Part shown: positions 27,282-38,488 of the stretch, one piece after another | How positions within the stretch are numbered: the first letter of the stretch is position 1 | Layout of the letters: each line of letters begins with the position of its first letter | Assembly (NCBI GenBank): GCA_002471575.1 | Contig: DKQG01000050.1 | Coordinates: forward strand, 9,813-73,812 | Direction of reading: 5' to 3' | Length of the DNA: 64,000 bases | Source of the DNA: Alphaproteobacteria bacterium UBA7314 | GTDB lineage: Bacteria > Pseudomonadota > Alphaproteobacteria > MPNO01 > UBA830 | Notes under the pieces: generated by a model | What the model was told of the DNA's origin: nothing | The model's input: only the letters and a program-made list of their open reading frames with translations | The model's database searches: none | Position numbers and translations under genes: made by a program

Positions 27282-29078
27282 TCAGTATACCCGTTCCTTG
27301 GGGGGAACGGCCTTTACGTCCTCTGTCATAGTTTCGGTGTGGACGGGCCGATAGTCGATCCGGCTAGTGCCGTCCTCGTTCAGCCACGCATAGGTATGCT
27401 TCATCCAGTTCTCGTCGTCCCGGTCGGGGTAATCTTCCCGAGCATGCCCGCCGCGGCTTTCCTTTCGATTGAGGGCACTGTCGAGACTGACCACTGATTG
27501 CGCCAGCAGGTTATCGTATTCCAGCGTCTCGGCGAGATCGGAGTTCCAGATTAGCGACGTGTCGTTGACCTGGATATCATCGTTCTTGGCCCATAATGCG
27601 GTCAGCCGGTCGCGACCCTCCTGCATCAGCTCCTCCGTCCGGAATACGGCGCAATGTGCCTGCATGGTGCGTTGCAGTTCCAGCCGCAGTTCCGCCGTTG
27701 AAGTGGTACCTTTAGCGAACCGCCGCGCATCGAATTGGGCAAGTTCCTTTTCGCCCGCGTCCTTAGGCAGCTCGGGCTGTTTCCGACCAGGCGTGACGAG
27801 TTCGGCGGCGCGGTCGCCCGCGGCTCTGCCGAACACCACAAGGTCGAGCAGCGAGTTGGAGCCGAGCCGGTTGGCGCCGTGCACCGAAACGCAGGCCGCT
27901 TCACCGATCGCCATGATACCGGGCTGGACTTCCTCCGGCCCACTTGCGCCCGGCTTAACCATCTCGCCCTGATAGGTCGTCGGGATGCCACCCATGTTGT
28001 AGTGCACCGTCGGCAGCACCGGGATCGGTTCCTTGGTCACGTCGACGCCGGCGAAAATGCGCGCCGTTTCTGAAATGCCCGGCAGGCGTTCGTTGATGAC
28101 CTTAGAGTCCAGATGCGAGATGTTCAGGTGAATATGGTCCTGGTCGGCGCCGACGCCGTTACCGTCGCGGATTTCCATTGTCATGGCTCGGGCGACGACA
28201 TCGCGCGACGCCAAATCTTTGACCGACGGCGCGTAACGTTCCATGAAGCGTTCGCCCTGCGAATTCGTCAGGAAACCGCCTTCGCCGCGCACCCCTTCTG
28301 TGATCAAGCAACCGGCCCCGTAGATACCGGTCGGGTGGAACTGGATGAATTCCATGTCTTCGAGCGGCAAGCCCGCGCGCAGGACCATGGCGGACCCGTC
28401 GCCGGTCTGCGTGTGGGCCCCAGTGCACGAGAAATAGGCCCGGCCGTATCCGCCGGTGGCGATGAGCACCTGGTTGGCGCGGAACCGGTGAATCGTCCCG
28501 TCATCCAAGTTCCAGGCCAGTAACCCGCGGCAGACGCCGTCGTCGTCCATGATCAGGTCGAGACCCATGTACTCGATAAAGAACTCTGCGTCGTGTTTCA
28601 GCGACTGCTGATACAGTGTGTGGAGGATAGCGTGGCCGGTACGGTCGGCCGCCGCAGCGGTACGCTGCGCGGGCGGACCCTCACCGTATTCCGTGGTCAT
28701 GCCACCGAAAGGTCGCTGGTATATTTCACCCTTTTCGGTACGCGAAAACGGCACGCCGTAATGTTCTAGTTCCAATACCGACGGGATAGCCTCACGGCAC
28801 ATGTATTCGATCGCGTCCTGGTCGCCGAGCCAGTCAGCGCCCTTGACCGTGTCATAAAAATGCCAGCGCCAGTCGTCGTCGCTCATGTTTCCGAGCGCCG
28901 CGGAAATGCCGCCCTGGGCGGCAACCGTGTGGCTGCGGGTCGGAAACACCTTGGTTATACAGGCGGTGCGCAGACCTTTCAAAGCCATGCCGAACGTCGC
29001 CCGCAGCCCGGCGCCGCCAGCGCCGAGAACTACGACGTCATAAGTGTGATCGATTATTTGGTATGCGTTGGTATTCAT
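27282..29078 (-). CDS. sdhA: Succinate dehydrogenase flavoprotein subunit
   Basis: 598 aa with FAD-binding GAGGAGLRA, the covalent-FAD histidine region [10 protein letters not shown], and the active-site region [11 protein letters not shown]. Confidence 0.96.
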   Translation of the reverse strand: MNTNAYQIIDHTYDVVVLGAGGAGLRATFGMALKGLRTACITKVFPTRSHTVAAQGGISAALGNMSDDDWRWHFYDTVKGADWLGDQDAIEYMCREAIPSVLELEHYGVPFSRTEKGEIYQRPFGGMTTEYGEGPPAQRTAAAADRTGHAILHTLYQQSLKHDAEFFIEYMGLDLIMDDDGVCRGLLAWNLDDGTIHRFRANQVLIATGGYGRAYFSCTGAHTQTGDGSAMVLRAGLPLEDMEFIQFHPTGIYGAGCLITEGVRGEGGFLTNSQGERFMERYAPSVKDLASRDVVARAMTMEIRDGNGVGADQDHIHLNISHLDSKVINERLPGISETARIFAGVDVTKEPIPVLPTVHYNMGGIPTTYQGEMVKPGASGPEEVQPGIMAIGEAACVSVHGANRLGSNSLLDLVVFGRAAGDRAAELVTPGRKQPELPKDAGEKELAQFDARRFAKGTTSTAELRLELQRTMQAHCAVFRTEELMQEGRDRLTALWAKNDDIQVNDTSLIWNSDLAETLEYDNLLAQSVVSLDSALNRKESRGGHAREDYPDRDDENWMKHTYAWLNEDGTSRIDYRPVHTETMTEDVKAVPPKERVY

Positions 29079-29117
29079 GGCGTTCCTGTTCGCGATCCTA
29101 AAATCCCTGCGGCGCTG

Positions 29118-29495
29118 TCAGCCGAGGGCGATCTTGACGATGGAAAAAATGGAGGCGATGGCAAGCCCAATGGCGGCAAACTTGACTAGCGCAATGGCAG
29201 CGATCTTCAACCACTCAGTATGCACGTAATCTTCGAGGACGACCTGTAGGCCGAGCTGGGCGTGATGAAATACCGCGATTGTCATCAGCACCAGCAGTAC
29301 CGAAACCACAGGCGTCGCGATCCATTCGCGGAACGCTCCGTAGTCGGCGCCGGCCATAGCGGCGATAGAAGCGACAAACCAGATAAGGAGCGGTATCAGC
29401 GCAACCGCAGTCATCCGCTGCGCCCACCAATGGATCACACCCTCCTTAGCAGAGCCTAGCCCGCGGACCTTGCCGAGGGGAGAACGAAGACTCAT
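29118..29495 (-). CDS. sdhD: Succinate dehydrogenase hydrophobic membrane anchor subunit
   Basis: About 125 aa with three TM helices and the conserved HWW near the start (GVIHWWAQR). Its ATG overlaps the sdhC stop in an ATGA arrangement. Confidence 0.8.
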   Translation of the reverse strand: MSLRSPLGKVRGLGSAKEGVIHWWAQRMTAVALIPLLIWFVASIAAMAGADYGAFREWIATPVVSVLLVLMTIAVFHHAQLGLQVVLEDYVHTEWLKIAAIALVKFAAIGLAIASIFSIVKIALG

Positions 29496-29890
29496 CACAA
29501 GGCTCCCATTGAGGCGTAACCCCAGACCCAAGAAAGAACGGTCAGCGCAATGGAGGCGACGACCACCAGCCGGCCGTTGCGATAGGCGGCCTCGAGTCCA
29601 AAACCCTTGCCGGCATCCCAGAATAGGTGACGGATGCCGTTGCACAGGTGATAGAACAGCGCAAAGGACCAGCCGAACAGCAGCAGCTTGCCGATTAAGG
29701 AGGCGTTGAACGCCTGTATGTCACCAAATGTTCTTTCTCCGGTCGCGGCAGCGATAAGCCAGAACACCAGCAGCAACGTCCCCACCGCCAGCGCGATTCC
29801 CGTAGCGCGATGCATGATGGACATGACGGAGGTGAGTTGCGGCTTGTAAACCTGAAGATGCGGGGACAGAGGGCGATTTTGGCTCGCCAT
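29495..29890 (-). CDS. sdhC: Succinate dehydrogenase cytochrome b556 subunit
   Basis: About 131 aa with RPLSPHLQVYKPQLTSVMSIMHRATG, the haem-ligand His, and three TM segments. The start is taken at the Met beginning MASQNRP. Confidence 0.8.
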   Translation of the reverse strand: MASQNRPLSPHLQVYKPQLTSVMSIMHRATGIALAVGTLLLVFWLIAAATGERTFGDIQAFNASLIGKLLLFGWSFALFYHLCNGIRHLFWDAGKGFGLEAAYRNGRLVVVASIALTVLSWVWGYASMGAL

Positions 29891-30749
29891 GGATTGGATC
29901 CTGTTTTCTTGCTCGACAACGCTGAAACGAATGGATTTTCTCAACCGGATCTATTTACGCCGATGGGTGGGTCAAGTCAATCTGAGCCCGGTTTCCCCTG
30001 CGATTCGGGCCGCAAAAAAATGTGCGGTCGACTTTGTGGACAACCTTGTGGACAATTTGTGAACGCGAAATTCGCTTATACACAGGAAATCGTAATATTC
30101 GACGGTTTGAAAGTTGCGTCTGCAAAGTCCCAAAGAGATCATTGTTGCACGCGGGAGCGTAGGAGGAGCCATCGCCAGCCAGGGAATCTTCCCCTCGGGA
30201 AAGGTCACCGGGCGGCATCGGCAAATCGCCGGCAGGCAGTCTGCAGATCCCGGCAACGGTATGTGTAGGTGCTGGTCGGATCGGGCGAGAGTTGGCAGGG
30301 TTCCATCCCATGACCGTCGCCTGCAACCGGTTCTGTCCGTGGAAAGGGACGGATGTTTCGGTGCCGCAACGCCGGTTCAGCCCGGAATAACGGCACGAGG
30401 TTGGCGAGCTAAAGCCGGGGAAACCGGACGGAGATCGCCGCTTGTCAGGATGACGTGCACTCCCCGAAGCGCGCGTCCAATGATCGGAACTTCCGGAAGC
30501 GGAGAGGCAAAATCGGCTGCATCGGCCTCATGTCCCGGAAACGGGGCGGGCCGTGGAGGAAAGTGGTGTATCGCCAAGGGCACCGCCGGACAAAGCGGTT
30601 AGAGACCAGTTCGCTCTCGCGTCCACGAGCCTTAAACGGCTCTTGGGGTGTCGGGCGTGTCTTCGCGGGACACAGAGCGTAGGTTGAAAGACTTACGCGC
30701 CCGGCGCCTCAATTTTCTCACCCAATCGCACATCAGTAGTTCCGGCCAG

Positions 30750-31076
30750 TCATAACGGTTGCTCGAAATTGTGCCCGGATACGCGTTCAAGGACATTCTG
30801 TGTTCCGACGCCTTCTACGATTCGGGTGTGGGGTTGCCGCACCCATTCGTATCCGGGCCCGGATTCGAGAACGCCTCCGAGTTTTGATTCTGGGCCATGA
30901 ACGCCATAGATTTCGACACACCTCGGGACGGCCGCAAGGCGTGCTGAATACTCAACGGAGACTTTGCCGCGCATTTGGTCGAACAGCACAAATTCGGGAC
31001 CAACAACGATTACAGGCGATTTACCAACGGCGGGATCTGGCGCAAACGCATGGATGCCATCCTGTCTTCCATCCAC
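30750..31076 (-). CDS. Hypothetical protein (108 aa), conserved-looking but unassigned
   Basis: An ORF with protein-like composition lies between asd and the sdhC upstream spacer. I recognise no family. Confidence 0.4.
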   Translation of the reverse strand: MDGRQDGIHAFAPDPAVGKSPVIVVGPEFVLFDQMRGKVSVEYSARLAAVPRCVEIYGVHGPESKLGGVLESGPGYEWVRQPHTRIVEGVGTQNVLERVSGHNFEQPL

Positions 31077-31242
31077 ATGAATGGCGACCGGCAGGTGTGC
31101 CGGATAACGGATAGGCCCGCGCTAGAAAGACTGTCCGCTGCCAGCGCTGTCTGGCTGAACACCCCGGCGCCCGATTTGGAAAACATCCGCGAAGAAATCG
31201 GTTGCATTACCGGTCGCGCGGCGTGACCGAAACGCAGCCAGA

Positions 31243-32268
31243 TCAGGCCGCCTTAACCAGCTTCTTTCGAACCAGCATCTCGGCAATCTGTACAGTGTTA
31301 AGCGCCGCGCCCTTACGCAGGTTGTCGGAGACGACCCACATGGACAAACCGTTCTTGACGGTCGGGTCCTTACGGATCCGGCTGACGTAAACCGCGTCCT
31401 CGCCTGCGCACTCCACCGGCGTGACATAGCCTTCGTTGGCCCGGTGATCTACCACTACAACGCCCGGTGCATCGCGCAGTATCTCCCGAGCTTCGTCTTC
31501 GTCGATCGGCTTCGCACATTCGATGTTGACGGCCTCGCCATGGCCAACAAAGACGGGGACCCGCACGCATGTCGCCTGTACGGCGATATCCTTGTCGAGT
31601 ATCTTGCGCGTCTCCACCGTCATCTTCCATTCTTCCTTGGTCGCGCCGTCGTCCATGAAGACGTCGATATGCGGGATCACGTTGAAAGCGATTTGCTTGG
31701 TGAACTGCTCGTGCTCTTTCGAGTCGTTCACGAAAATGCCGCGGGTCTGGTTAAATAGTTCGTCCATTGCCGCCTTGCCGGCGCCGGAGGTCGACTGATA
31801 GGTCGATACCGATACGCGCTTGATTTTCGCTTTATCGTGCAACGGCTTTAACGCAACGACCATTTGGATCGTGGAACAGTTAGGGTTGGCAATGATGTTG
31901 CGCTTGGTGTGCCAGTCGAGATCTTCCGGATTGACCTCCGGTACGACCAACGGCACATCCGGATCCATTCTGAAACAAGACGAATTGTCGATCACGATGC
32001 AACCCGCCTTGGCGGCCCGGGGCGCATGTTTGGCTGACGCCTTGGAGCCAGGCGAAAACAAAGCGATATCGGTATCCGAAAAATTATAATACTCGAGATC
32101 CTGCACCGACAGAATGTCGTCTTCTCCGAACGAGACCTCTCGCCCGACGGAGCGCGACGACGCCAACGCGATCACGTCATCGGCGGGGAAGCTTCTCTCC
32201 GCCAGAATTTCCAGCATCTCGCGGCCGACATTTCCTGTCGCGCCGGCAACGGCAACTTTGTAACCCAT
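31243..32268 (-). CDS. asd: Aspartate-semialdehyde dehydrogenase
   Basis: 341 aa with the Rossmann motif GATGNVGREM and the active-site Cys region NPNCSTIQM. Confidence 0.93.
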   Translation of the reverse strand: MGYKVAVAGATGNVGREMLEILAERSFPADDVIALASSRSVGREVSFGEDDILSVQDLEYYNFSDTDIALFSPGSKASAKHAPRAAKAGCIVIDNSSCFRMDPDVPLVVPEVNPEDLDWHTKRNIIANPNCSTIQMVVALKPLHDKAKIKRVSVSTYQSTSGAGKAAMDELFNQTRGIFVNDSKEHEQFTKQIAFNVIPHIDVFMDDGATKEEWKMTVETRKILDKDIAVQATCVRVPVFVGHGEAVNIECAKPIDEDEAREILRDAPGVVVVDHRANEGYVTPVECAGEDAVYVSRIRKDPTVKNGLSMWVVSDNLRKGAALNTVQIAEMLVRKKLVKAA

Positions 32269-32427
32269 GTTTCTTTCTTTCGCTTAATGCGCCTGCTCGG
32301 GCGCGGGTATTTAACAGATCGCCTCGCGGATCAAAACCGACCACGAAGACAAGCAAGGCGCCCTCCGGTCCAGAGCGCGTCTTGTTCGAATTCCGTTACA
32401 CGGCGCCCCACCAGGCACCCGCGGGCA

Positions 32428-32619
32428 TCAGCTCCCCGGTTTGGTTATCTTGACCGTGGTGTTTGCAGTCGGTTTCGTCGTCGCCTTTCCCGTCCCCAAA
32501 GTGATGGTCGGTTTTTCCGTCCGGACGGTCTGCTGGTAGCCGCAGCAGGAATCGCCTTCTTCCGAAAAAGCGGCGGTGGATGCGGTGTACAGACCGGCAA
32601 CGGCCAGAGACATTATCAT
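32428..32619 (-). CDS. Possible small exported protein (63 aa) with a CC pair
   Basis: An N-terminal hydrophobic, signal-like stretch MIMSLAVAGLYTASTAAFS is followed by EEGDSCCGYQQ.. and a Thr/Lys-rich tail. The ribosome-binding site is weak. It sits in a 460-bp spacer between asd and leuB. Confidence 0.25.
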   Translation of the reverse strand: MIMSLAVAGLYTASTAAFSEEGDSCCGYQQTVRTEKPTITLGTGKATTKPTANTTVKITKPGS

Positions 32620-32747
32620 TTTATAACGGTGTTCTCTCGTCTGAAGTATCAGATATCAAAGATCTATACCGGCTGGTTAGCTTCGCAACCGGAATTGTGC
32701 GTCGCCGAACCGCCCCGGGACCACGAGCGGGCCGGCGCTGCGAGAAA

Positions 32748-33860
32748 CTACACCGCCAGCTTATCCAATTCCGCCGTCACTGCCTCACCCATCTGTTCGC
32801 AGGATACCAGCCTCATGCCCTCCTGCATGATGTCGCCAGTGCGCAGCCCAGAATCGAGCACGTTACGCACCGCCTGTTCAACCAGGTCGGCGTCTTCGCC
32901 CATGTCGAACGAATAGCGCAGCATCATGGCGTAGGACTGGATCATCGCCAGAGGATTGGCCTTGCCCTGCCCCGCGATATCCGGCGCGGAGCCATGGACC
33001 GGTTCATACAGCGCCAGGCGCCGCCCCGACTCGTCCGCCGGGCCCAGAGATGCCGATGGCAGCATGCCAAGCGATCCGGTCAGCATCGACGCGACATCCG
33101 ACAGCATGTCGCCGAACAAGTTGTCGGTGACGATTACGTCGAACTGCTTCGGGTTTCGCACCAGCTGCATGCCGCAATTGTCGGCTAGCATATGCGATAG
33201 CTCCACATCGGCGAACTCATTGTCATGCACCCATGTCGCTTCCTCACGCCAGAGGATGCCGGATTCCATGACATTCATTTTTTCGACCGAACACACCCGG
33301 TTGTTGCGTTTTTTCGCAAGATCGTACGCGACCCGGCAGACACGGCGGATTTCTTCGGTCGTGTAGACCTGGGTATTGATACCTCGGCGCTGACCGTCGG
33401 GCAGATCCTCGATGCCGCGCGGCTCCCCGAAATAGACCCCACCGGTCAGTTCGCGGACGATCAGGATATCTAGCCCGCCGACCAGTTCCGGCTTCAGGCT
33501 GGACGCTTCAGCCAGCGCGTCGAAGCAAATCGCCGGGCGCAGATTGGCGAACAGGTCCATGTCCTTGCGCAGCCGCAGCAACCCGGCCTCTGGACGCACG
33601 TCGAAACCGATATTGTCCCACTGAGGCCCGCCGACGGCGCCGAACAGCACGGCGTCGGAATTCAGCGCGACCTCCATGGTCGCGTCGCTGATGGCGGCAC
33701 CATGTTTTTCATAAGCCACCCCGCCGACTAGGTCCTCGGTGACGTCGAACGTCACCGAGCGGCGCTTGTCCATCCAGTCGATCAAACGGCGAACCTCGCC
33801 CATGACTTCCGGGCCGATCCCGTCGCCGGGCAGCATGAGTACTTTCTTGTTGGCAGCCAT
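32748..33860 (-). CDS. leuB: 3-isopropylmalate dehydrogenase
   Basis: 370 aa beginning [19 protein letters not shown], with [14 protein letters not shown]. Confidence 0.95.
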   Translation of the reverse strand: MAANKKVLMLPGDGIGPEVMGEVRRLIDWMDKRRSVTFDVTEDLVGGVAYEKHGAAISDATMEVALNSDAVLFGAVGGPQWDNIGFDVRPEAGLLRLRKDMDLFANLRPAICFDALAEASSLKPELVGGLDILIVRELTGGVYFGEPRGIEDLPDGQRRGINTQVYTTEEIRRVCRVAYDLAKKRNNRVCSVEKMNVMESGILWREEATWVHDNEFADVELSHMLADNCGMQLVRNPKQFDVIVTDNLFGDMLSDVASMLTGSLGMLPSASLGPADESGRRLALYEPVHGSAPDIAGQGKANPLAMIQSYAMMLRYSFDMGEDADLVEQAVRNVLDSGLRTGDIMQEGMRLVSCEQMGEAVTAELDKLAV

Positions 33861-33889
33861 CTGGCGGCTCTCCCCTGATGCTTAGTGGT

Positions 33890-34510
33890 TCAGACCCGCG
33901 CGCCCTGCATCCACGGCATGGATTGCTTCTGCTTCTCCTCGAAGGAGGAAATCCGGTCGTCGGATTGCAGCGTGATGCCGATATCGTCGAGACCTTCGAG
34001 CAGGCAGTGCTTGCGGAACGGATCGACGTCGAAGGTTATTTCCTCGCCGTCGGGGCGGACGATCTTCTGATTTTCCAGGTCGATCTCGATCCGTGCGTTT
34101 TCGCCGCGGGCGGCGTCTTCCAGCAACGCATCGCGCTGTTCCGGCGTGACCTTAATCAGCAGCAGCCCGTTCTTGAACGAGTTGTTGAAGAAGATGTCAG
34201 CGAAGGACGTCGAGATAACGCACCTGATCCCGAAATCGGTGATCGCCCAAGGCGCGTGTTCGCGCGACGAACCGCAGCCAAAATTGTCGCCGGCCACCAG
34301 AATTTCCGAATTCCGGTAATGCGACTGGTTGAGGATGAAGTCCTCTCTCTCCGACCCGTCATCGTTATACCGCACGTCGTTGAACAGGTTCACGCCGAGA
34401 CCGGTGCGTTTGATGGTTTTCAGGAACCGTGCAGGAATGATCCGGTCGGTATCTATGTTGTGATCGGCCATCGGCACCGCTACGCCAGAGAAGGTTTCGA
34501 ACTTTCTCAT
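33890..34510 (-). CDS. leuD: 3-isopropylmalate dehydratase small subunit
   Basis: 206 aa with the LeuD-type beta-barrel ([16 protein letters not shown]). Confidence 0.93.
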   Translation of the reverse strand: MRKFETFSGVAVPMADHNIDTDRIIPARFLKTIKRTGLGVNLFNDVRYNDDGSEREDFILNQSHYRNSEILVAGDNFGCGSSREHAPWAITDFGIRCVISTSFADIFFNNSFKNGLLLIKVTPEQRDALLEDAARGENARIEIDLENQKIVRPDGEEITFDVDPFRKHCLLEGLDDIGITLQSDDRISSFEEKQKQSMPWMQGARV

Positions 34511-34522
34511 TTTCTGTCTCCC

Positions 34523-35959
34523 TTATTCGGCAACGTCGGCGGCAAGTTCCCGCACGTCGGCAAGATGACCGGTCACCGCGGCAGCCGCGGCCATGGCGGG
34601 GCTGACCAGATGGGTACGCCCGCCGGGCCCCTGGCGGCCCTGGAAATTTCGGTTGGACGTGGAGGCCGACCGTTCGCCGGGCTCCAGCATGTCGCCGTTC
34701 ATGCCAAGACACATCGAACAGCCGGGTTCGCGCCAATCGAAACCGGCCTCAGTAAAGATCGCGTCGAGACCTTCTGATTCCGCCTGCTCCTTGATCAGGC
34801 CCGACCCCGGCACGACCATCGCGTAAACGCTGCCCGCGACCTTGCGCCCCTTGGCGATCGCCGCGGCGGAGCGCAGATCCTCGATCCGCGAGTTGGTGCA
34901 GGACCCGATGAAGACCTTGTCAACGTGTATGTCCGTCAGTGACTGTCCGGGATCCAAGTCCATGTATTCCAGCGCCCCTTCGACGGTTTCGCGCTTGGCG
35001 GGATCTTCAATATCGGCTGGGTTGGGCACAACCGAGCCAATCGGTGCAACCATCTCCGGGCTGGTACCCCAAGATACCTGCGGTTCGATTTCCGCCGCAT
35101 TGAGTTCGACCTCGATATCGTAGGAGGCACCGTCATCGGATTTCAGCGTCTTCCAGTATTCGATGGCCTGTTCCCAAGCAGCTCCCTTGGGCGCCATCGG
35201 CCGTCCCTCGAGATAGTCGAACACTCTCTGATCGGGAGCGACCAGTCCGGCGCGGGCACCAGCTTCGATGGTCATGTTGCAGACCGTCATCCGGCCTTCC
35301 ACCGACAGATCCTCAATCGCTTCGCCGGCGTACTCGATGACGCAGCCGGTCCCGCCAGCGGTGCCAATCTTGCCGATGATGGCGAGGATCATGTCTTTCG
35401 CGGTAACGCCCTCCGGTAGCTTGCCGTTGACCGTGATGCGCATATTCTTCGGCTGTTTTTGCAGCAGGGTCTGGGTCGCCAATACATGTTCAACCTCTGA
35501 CGTACCGATGCCGAACGCCAGCGATCCCAGTGCACCGTGGGTAGCGGTATGGGAATCGCCGCAGACCAGTGTCAGGCCGGGCTGGGTAAAGCCCTGCTCC
35601 GGGCCGATCACATGCACGATGCCTTGGCGGACGTCGAGAAAGTCGATAAAGGGAAGGCCGAATTCCTTCGCGTTCTTTTCCAGCAGTTCGATCTGGATGC
35701 GGGATTCCTCGTTCTCGATCCCGTCAGCACGGCCCGCGGTGGGTACATTGTGATCCGCGACTAGCAAATGGGCATCCTGCACGCGGACAGGGCGATTGTT
35801 TTCGCGTAGTCCGTCGAACGCCTGGGCGCTGGTGATCTCGTGAATGATCTGGCGATCGATGTAAAGGATGCACGTTCCGTCATCCTTTTCCTCGACCAGA
35901 TGCGAGTCCCAGATCTTGTCGAACAGTGTTTTCGGTCCGTCCATCATATTCCCTTTCAT
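34523..35959 (-). CDS. leuC: 3-isopropylmalate dehydratase large subunit
   Basis: About 475 aa of the aconitase family with Fe-S ligand regions ([12 protein letters not shown]; [11 protein letters not shown]). It lies only 23 bp downstream of rplS. The start may be the Met at 35944. Confidence 0.95.
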   Translation of the reverse strand: MKGNMMDGPKTLFDKIWDSHLVEEKDDGTCILYIDRQIIHEITSAQAFDGLRENNRPVRVQDAHLLVADHNVPTAGRADGIENEESRIQIELLEKNAKEFGLPFIDFLDVRQGIVHVIGPEQGFTQPGLTLVCGDSHTATHGALGSLAFGIGTSEVEHVLATQTLLQKQPKNMRITVNGKLPEGVTAKDMILAIIGKIGTAGGTGCVIEYAGEAIEDLSVEGRMTVCNMTIEAGARAGLVAPDQRVFDYLEGRPMAPKGAAWEQAIEYWKTLKSDDGASYDIEVELNAAEIEPQVSWGTSPEMVAPIGSVVPNPADIEDPAKRETVEGALEYMDLDPGQSLTDIHVDKVFIGSCTNSRIEDLRSAAAIAKGRKVAGSVYAMVVPGSGLIKEQAESEGLDAIFTEAGFDWREPGCSMCLGMNGDMLEPGERSASTSNRNFQGRQGPGGRTHLVSPAMAAAAAVTGHLADVRELAADVAE

Positions 35960-35982
35960 CCCGTCCTGCCGCGCGTTCGCGA

Positions 35983-36522
35983 TCAGGAGTCTCTCTTGTC
36001 CTCGCTGTTGTCTTCGGCGGTTGCCTCCGTCGCTTCAGCGTCGGTAGTTTCCGTTTCCTCCTCAGCATGGGCAGCCTGTTCCATAGCTTCATCCTGCATT
36101 TCGACCGCCTCGGCAGCAGTCGCGGGCGATGCATCCTTGCCTACGGTCGCAGCGGCAAACCGCCGGTCGACCTTCTCGGCGATCCGGGCAGACTTGCCAC
36201 GGCGCGACCGAAGGTAATACAGCTTGGCACGTCGGACGGCGCCGCGGCGCACGACCTCGATCTTCTCTATCCGCGGGCTGTAGAGCGGGAATACGCGTTC
36301 CACGCCCTCGCCGTAGGAAATCTTTCGCACCGTGAAAGACGAATTCAGCGCCTTCGCCGTGCGAGCGATCACCACGCCTTCATAAACCTGCACGCGCTCC
36401 CGCGCGCCTTCGACCACTTTGTAGTGGACGCGGACCGTATCTCCGGGAGCGAATTCGGGGACCGGCCGCTCCGCGACCAGGCGTTCGATCTCGCCCTTTT
36501 CGATTTGTTCAATCACGTTCAT
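35983..36522 (-). CDS. rplS: 50S ribosomal protein L19 with an approximately 55-aa acidic C-terminal extension
   Basis: The first roughly 120 aa form a canonical L19 (..[37 protein letters not shown]). The remainder is an E/A/T/D-rich tail. Confidence 0.9.
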   Translation of the reverse strand: MNVIEQIEKGEIERLVAERPVPEFAPGDTVRVHYKVVEGARERVQVYEGVVIARTAKALNSSFTVRKISYGEGVERVFPLYSPRIEKIEVVRRGAVRRAKLYYLRSRRGKSARIAEKVDRRFAAATVGKDASPATAAEAVEMQDEAMEQAAHAEEETETTDAEATEATAEDNSEDKRDS

Positions 36523-37249
36523 GGCAATGTTCCTTCTGGTTCTTCAGGTCCCGCTGATACCGATCCCACAGATCGGGCCGCCGTTCCCGTGTTGCGATCT
36601 CCGCCTGCTCCGTTCGCCAGGCGCAGATATTCTCGTGATGGCCGGACAACAGAATGTCCGGCACCTTGCGTCCGCACCAGTCGGCCGGCCGCGTGTAATG
36701 AGGATATTCGAGCAATCCCCGGTTAAAGCTCTCTTCGTGGAGCGACGCTTCCGTGCCCATGACACCGGGCAGCAGACGCACGCAGGCATCGATCAGCGCC
36801 AGCGCCGCGGGCTCGCCACCCGACAGCACGAAATCGCCAAGGCTGATCTCGGTGACGTTGCGCGCATCCAGCACGCGCTGATCGATTCCCTCGTAGCGGC
36901 CGCAGATCAGCGTAAGGCCGGGTCCGGCTGCAAGCTCGACCGCCTTCGTCTGGCTGAATGTCTTGCCGCGCGGCGTCAGATAAACCAGCGGGGCATCCGT
37001 CAGCGCGGATGCTTCGATGGCGGCATCGACGACGTCGGCGCGCATCACCATGCCGGCGCCGCCACCAAAAGGCGTATCGTCAACCGTCCGGTGCTTGTCC
37101 GTCGCATGGTCGCGAATGTCGACGGCCTCTAGCAACCACGCACCATCGGCCAGCGCCTTGCCGGCAAGCGAATGAGCGAGCGGACCCGGAAACATGTCCG
37201 GGAACAGCGTCAGCACACTCGCCGTCCATTTATTGTGTTCGTCGGTCAC
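36509..37249 (-). CDS. trmD: tRNA (guanine37-N1)-methyltransferase
   Basis: 246 aa with the SPOUT motifs (VLTLFPDMF.., [24 protein letters not shown]). Confidence 0.93.
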   Translation of the reverse strand: MTDEHNKWTASVLTLFPDMFPGPLAHSLAGKALADGAWLLEAVDIRDHATDKHRTVDDTPFGGGAGMVMRADVVDAAIEASALTDAPLVYLTPRGKTFSQTKAVELAAGPGLTLICGRYEGIDQRVLDARNVTEISLGDFVLSGGEPAALALIDACVRLLPGVMGTEASLHEESFNRGLLEYPHYTRPADWCGRKVPDILLSGHHENICAWRTEQAEIATRERRPDLWDRYQRDLKNQKEHCHERD

Positions 37250-37866
37250 TCTTCGGTCTCGTCTTCTCTATTCTCTTCCTTATCGTCTTCTACTTCGTCG
37301 GGCGGGTCGACGGTCAATCTTCCCGCCGCAATGTCTATGTCCGGCACCAACGCTTTCGTGAACGGTACCAGCAGTGTCTCCTGTCCCGAGCCCCGGTCGA
37401 TTTCCAGCACCTCGTTTGCGCCTGCCGGTATGATCGACCTGACGGTCCCGATCCTTTTTTCATCCTGCACGACCTCCAGCCCGAGAAGATCAGCATGATA
37501 AAATTCGTCCTCATCCGGTTCTGGCAGCGCGTCTTTCGACACGTAAAGTCTGAGACCCTTCAGTCCCTCCGCCGCGCTGCGGTCCGCGACCCCGTCAAGG
37601 GCTGCGATCACCATCCCACCGCGGACGGCCTCGATACCGATCTCGAACCGGCAGTTGCCCGCCTCGTCCGATACTGGCCCGTAGCCGGCGACGTCTTCCG
37701 GCAGTTCGGTGAAGGGCTTGATTTTAACCGATCCACGGATGCCGTGCGCGCCCGCGATGGCCCCGACACAGACACGGTCGCGATCCGCCGCGCCCTGAAC
37801 CCGTGCCGATGATGCAACCGCCGTGGAACTACCTCCGCGCCAGCCGCCGGACGAACGTCCTGCCAC
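37246..37866 (-). CDS. rimM: Ribosome maturation factor RimM with an acidic C-terminal tail
   Basis: 206 aa with a PRC-barrel, sitting between rpsP and trmD as in the conserved operon. The tail is [17 protein letters not shown]. Confidence 0.85.
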   Translation of the reverse strand: MAGRSSGGWRGGSSTAVASSARVQGAADRDRVCVGAIAGAHGIRGSVKIKPFTELPEDVAGYGPVSDEAGNCRFEIGIEAVRGGMVIAALDGVADRSAAEGLKGLRLYVSKDALPEPDEDEFYHADLLGLEVVQDEKRIGTVRSIIPAGANEVLEIDRGSGQETLLVPFTKALVPDIDIAAGRLTVDPPDEVEDDKEENREDETEE

Positions 37867-37871
37867 CAGAG

Positions 37872-38396
37872 TTAGCCCTCCTTATTCTCTTGTTCCTCGG
37901 CAGCAGCCTCTTGAGCGGGTGCTTCCTCAACAGGGGCCTCTTCAGCCGCAGTTTCTTCGGCCGATGCTTCCTCGGCTGGCACTTCTTCTGCAGCAGCTTC
38001 TTCGGCCGGGGCATCGGCTTCTGACGTCGCGGCATCCGCCTCGGCGCCAGCCCTTGCCTTGGCCGCTTCTTCAGCCTCTCTCATGCGTTCAAGCGTCTTG
38101 GGCCGCGGCGCGCTCTGCTTCGGCGTTTCGCGGATTTCTGGCATCGGGATGATCTCGGCCCGGCCAAGGAATTTAGCCACCCGGTCCGATGGCTTGGCAC
38201 CGACACCGAGCCAATGCTTGATGCGCTCGTCGTTTAGCTTGATCCGGTCGGGGTGTTCCTGCGGCAACATCGGGTTATAAGTACCGACACGTTCGATATA
38301 GCGGCCGTCGCGCGGCATGCGCGAATCCGCAACAACGATACGATAGTAGGGACGCTTTTTTGCACCGCCCCGGGATAGTCTAAGTTTAAGCGACAT
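37872..38396 (-). CDS. rpsP: 30S ribosomal protein S16 with an approximately 85-aa Ala/Glu-rich C-terminal extension
   Basis: A canonical S16 N-terminus (MSLKLRLSRGGAKKRPYYRIVVADSRMPRDGRYIERVGTYNP) is followed by AEE/PAEE-type imperfect repeats. I place the start at the Met at 38396. Confidence 0.88.
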   Translation of the reverse strand: MSLKLRLSRGGAKKRPYYRIVVADSRMPRDGRYIERVGTYNPMLPQEHPDRIKLNDERIKHWLGVGAKPSDRVAKFLGRAEIIPMPEIRETPKQSAPRPKTLERMREAEEAAKARAGAEADAATSEADAPAEEAAAEEVPAEEASAEETAAEEAPVEEAPAQEAAAEEQENKEG

Positions 38397-38488
38397 TAGG
38401 TTATTAACCCTCCATTTGATCGCGATTGTTGAAGTGTTTCGAATAAATCGTTGGTTTCGTTCCAGTTCCCTGCAGCTCAGCCGCGTCT

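Noticed and set aside
30100-30700. Looked for RNase P RNA, two-piece tmRNA, SRP RNA or a cobalamin riboswitch in the GC-rich ORF-free spacer upstream of sdhC
   Set aside because: The universally conserved P4 strands of RNase P (GGAAAGTCCGGGCTCC / ACAGAACCCGGCTTA) are absent. There is no tmRNA tag-peptide frame or T-arm/CCA end. There is no B12-box (GCCACTG-like). There is no 4.5S GGAAGCAGCCAAGG. The region remains unassigned; see the findings.
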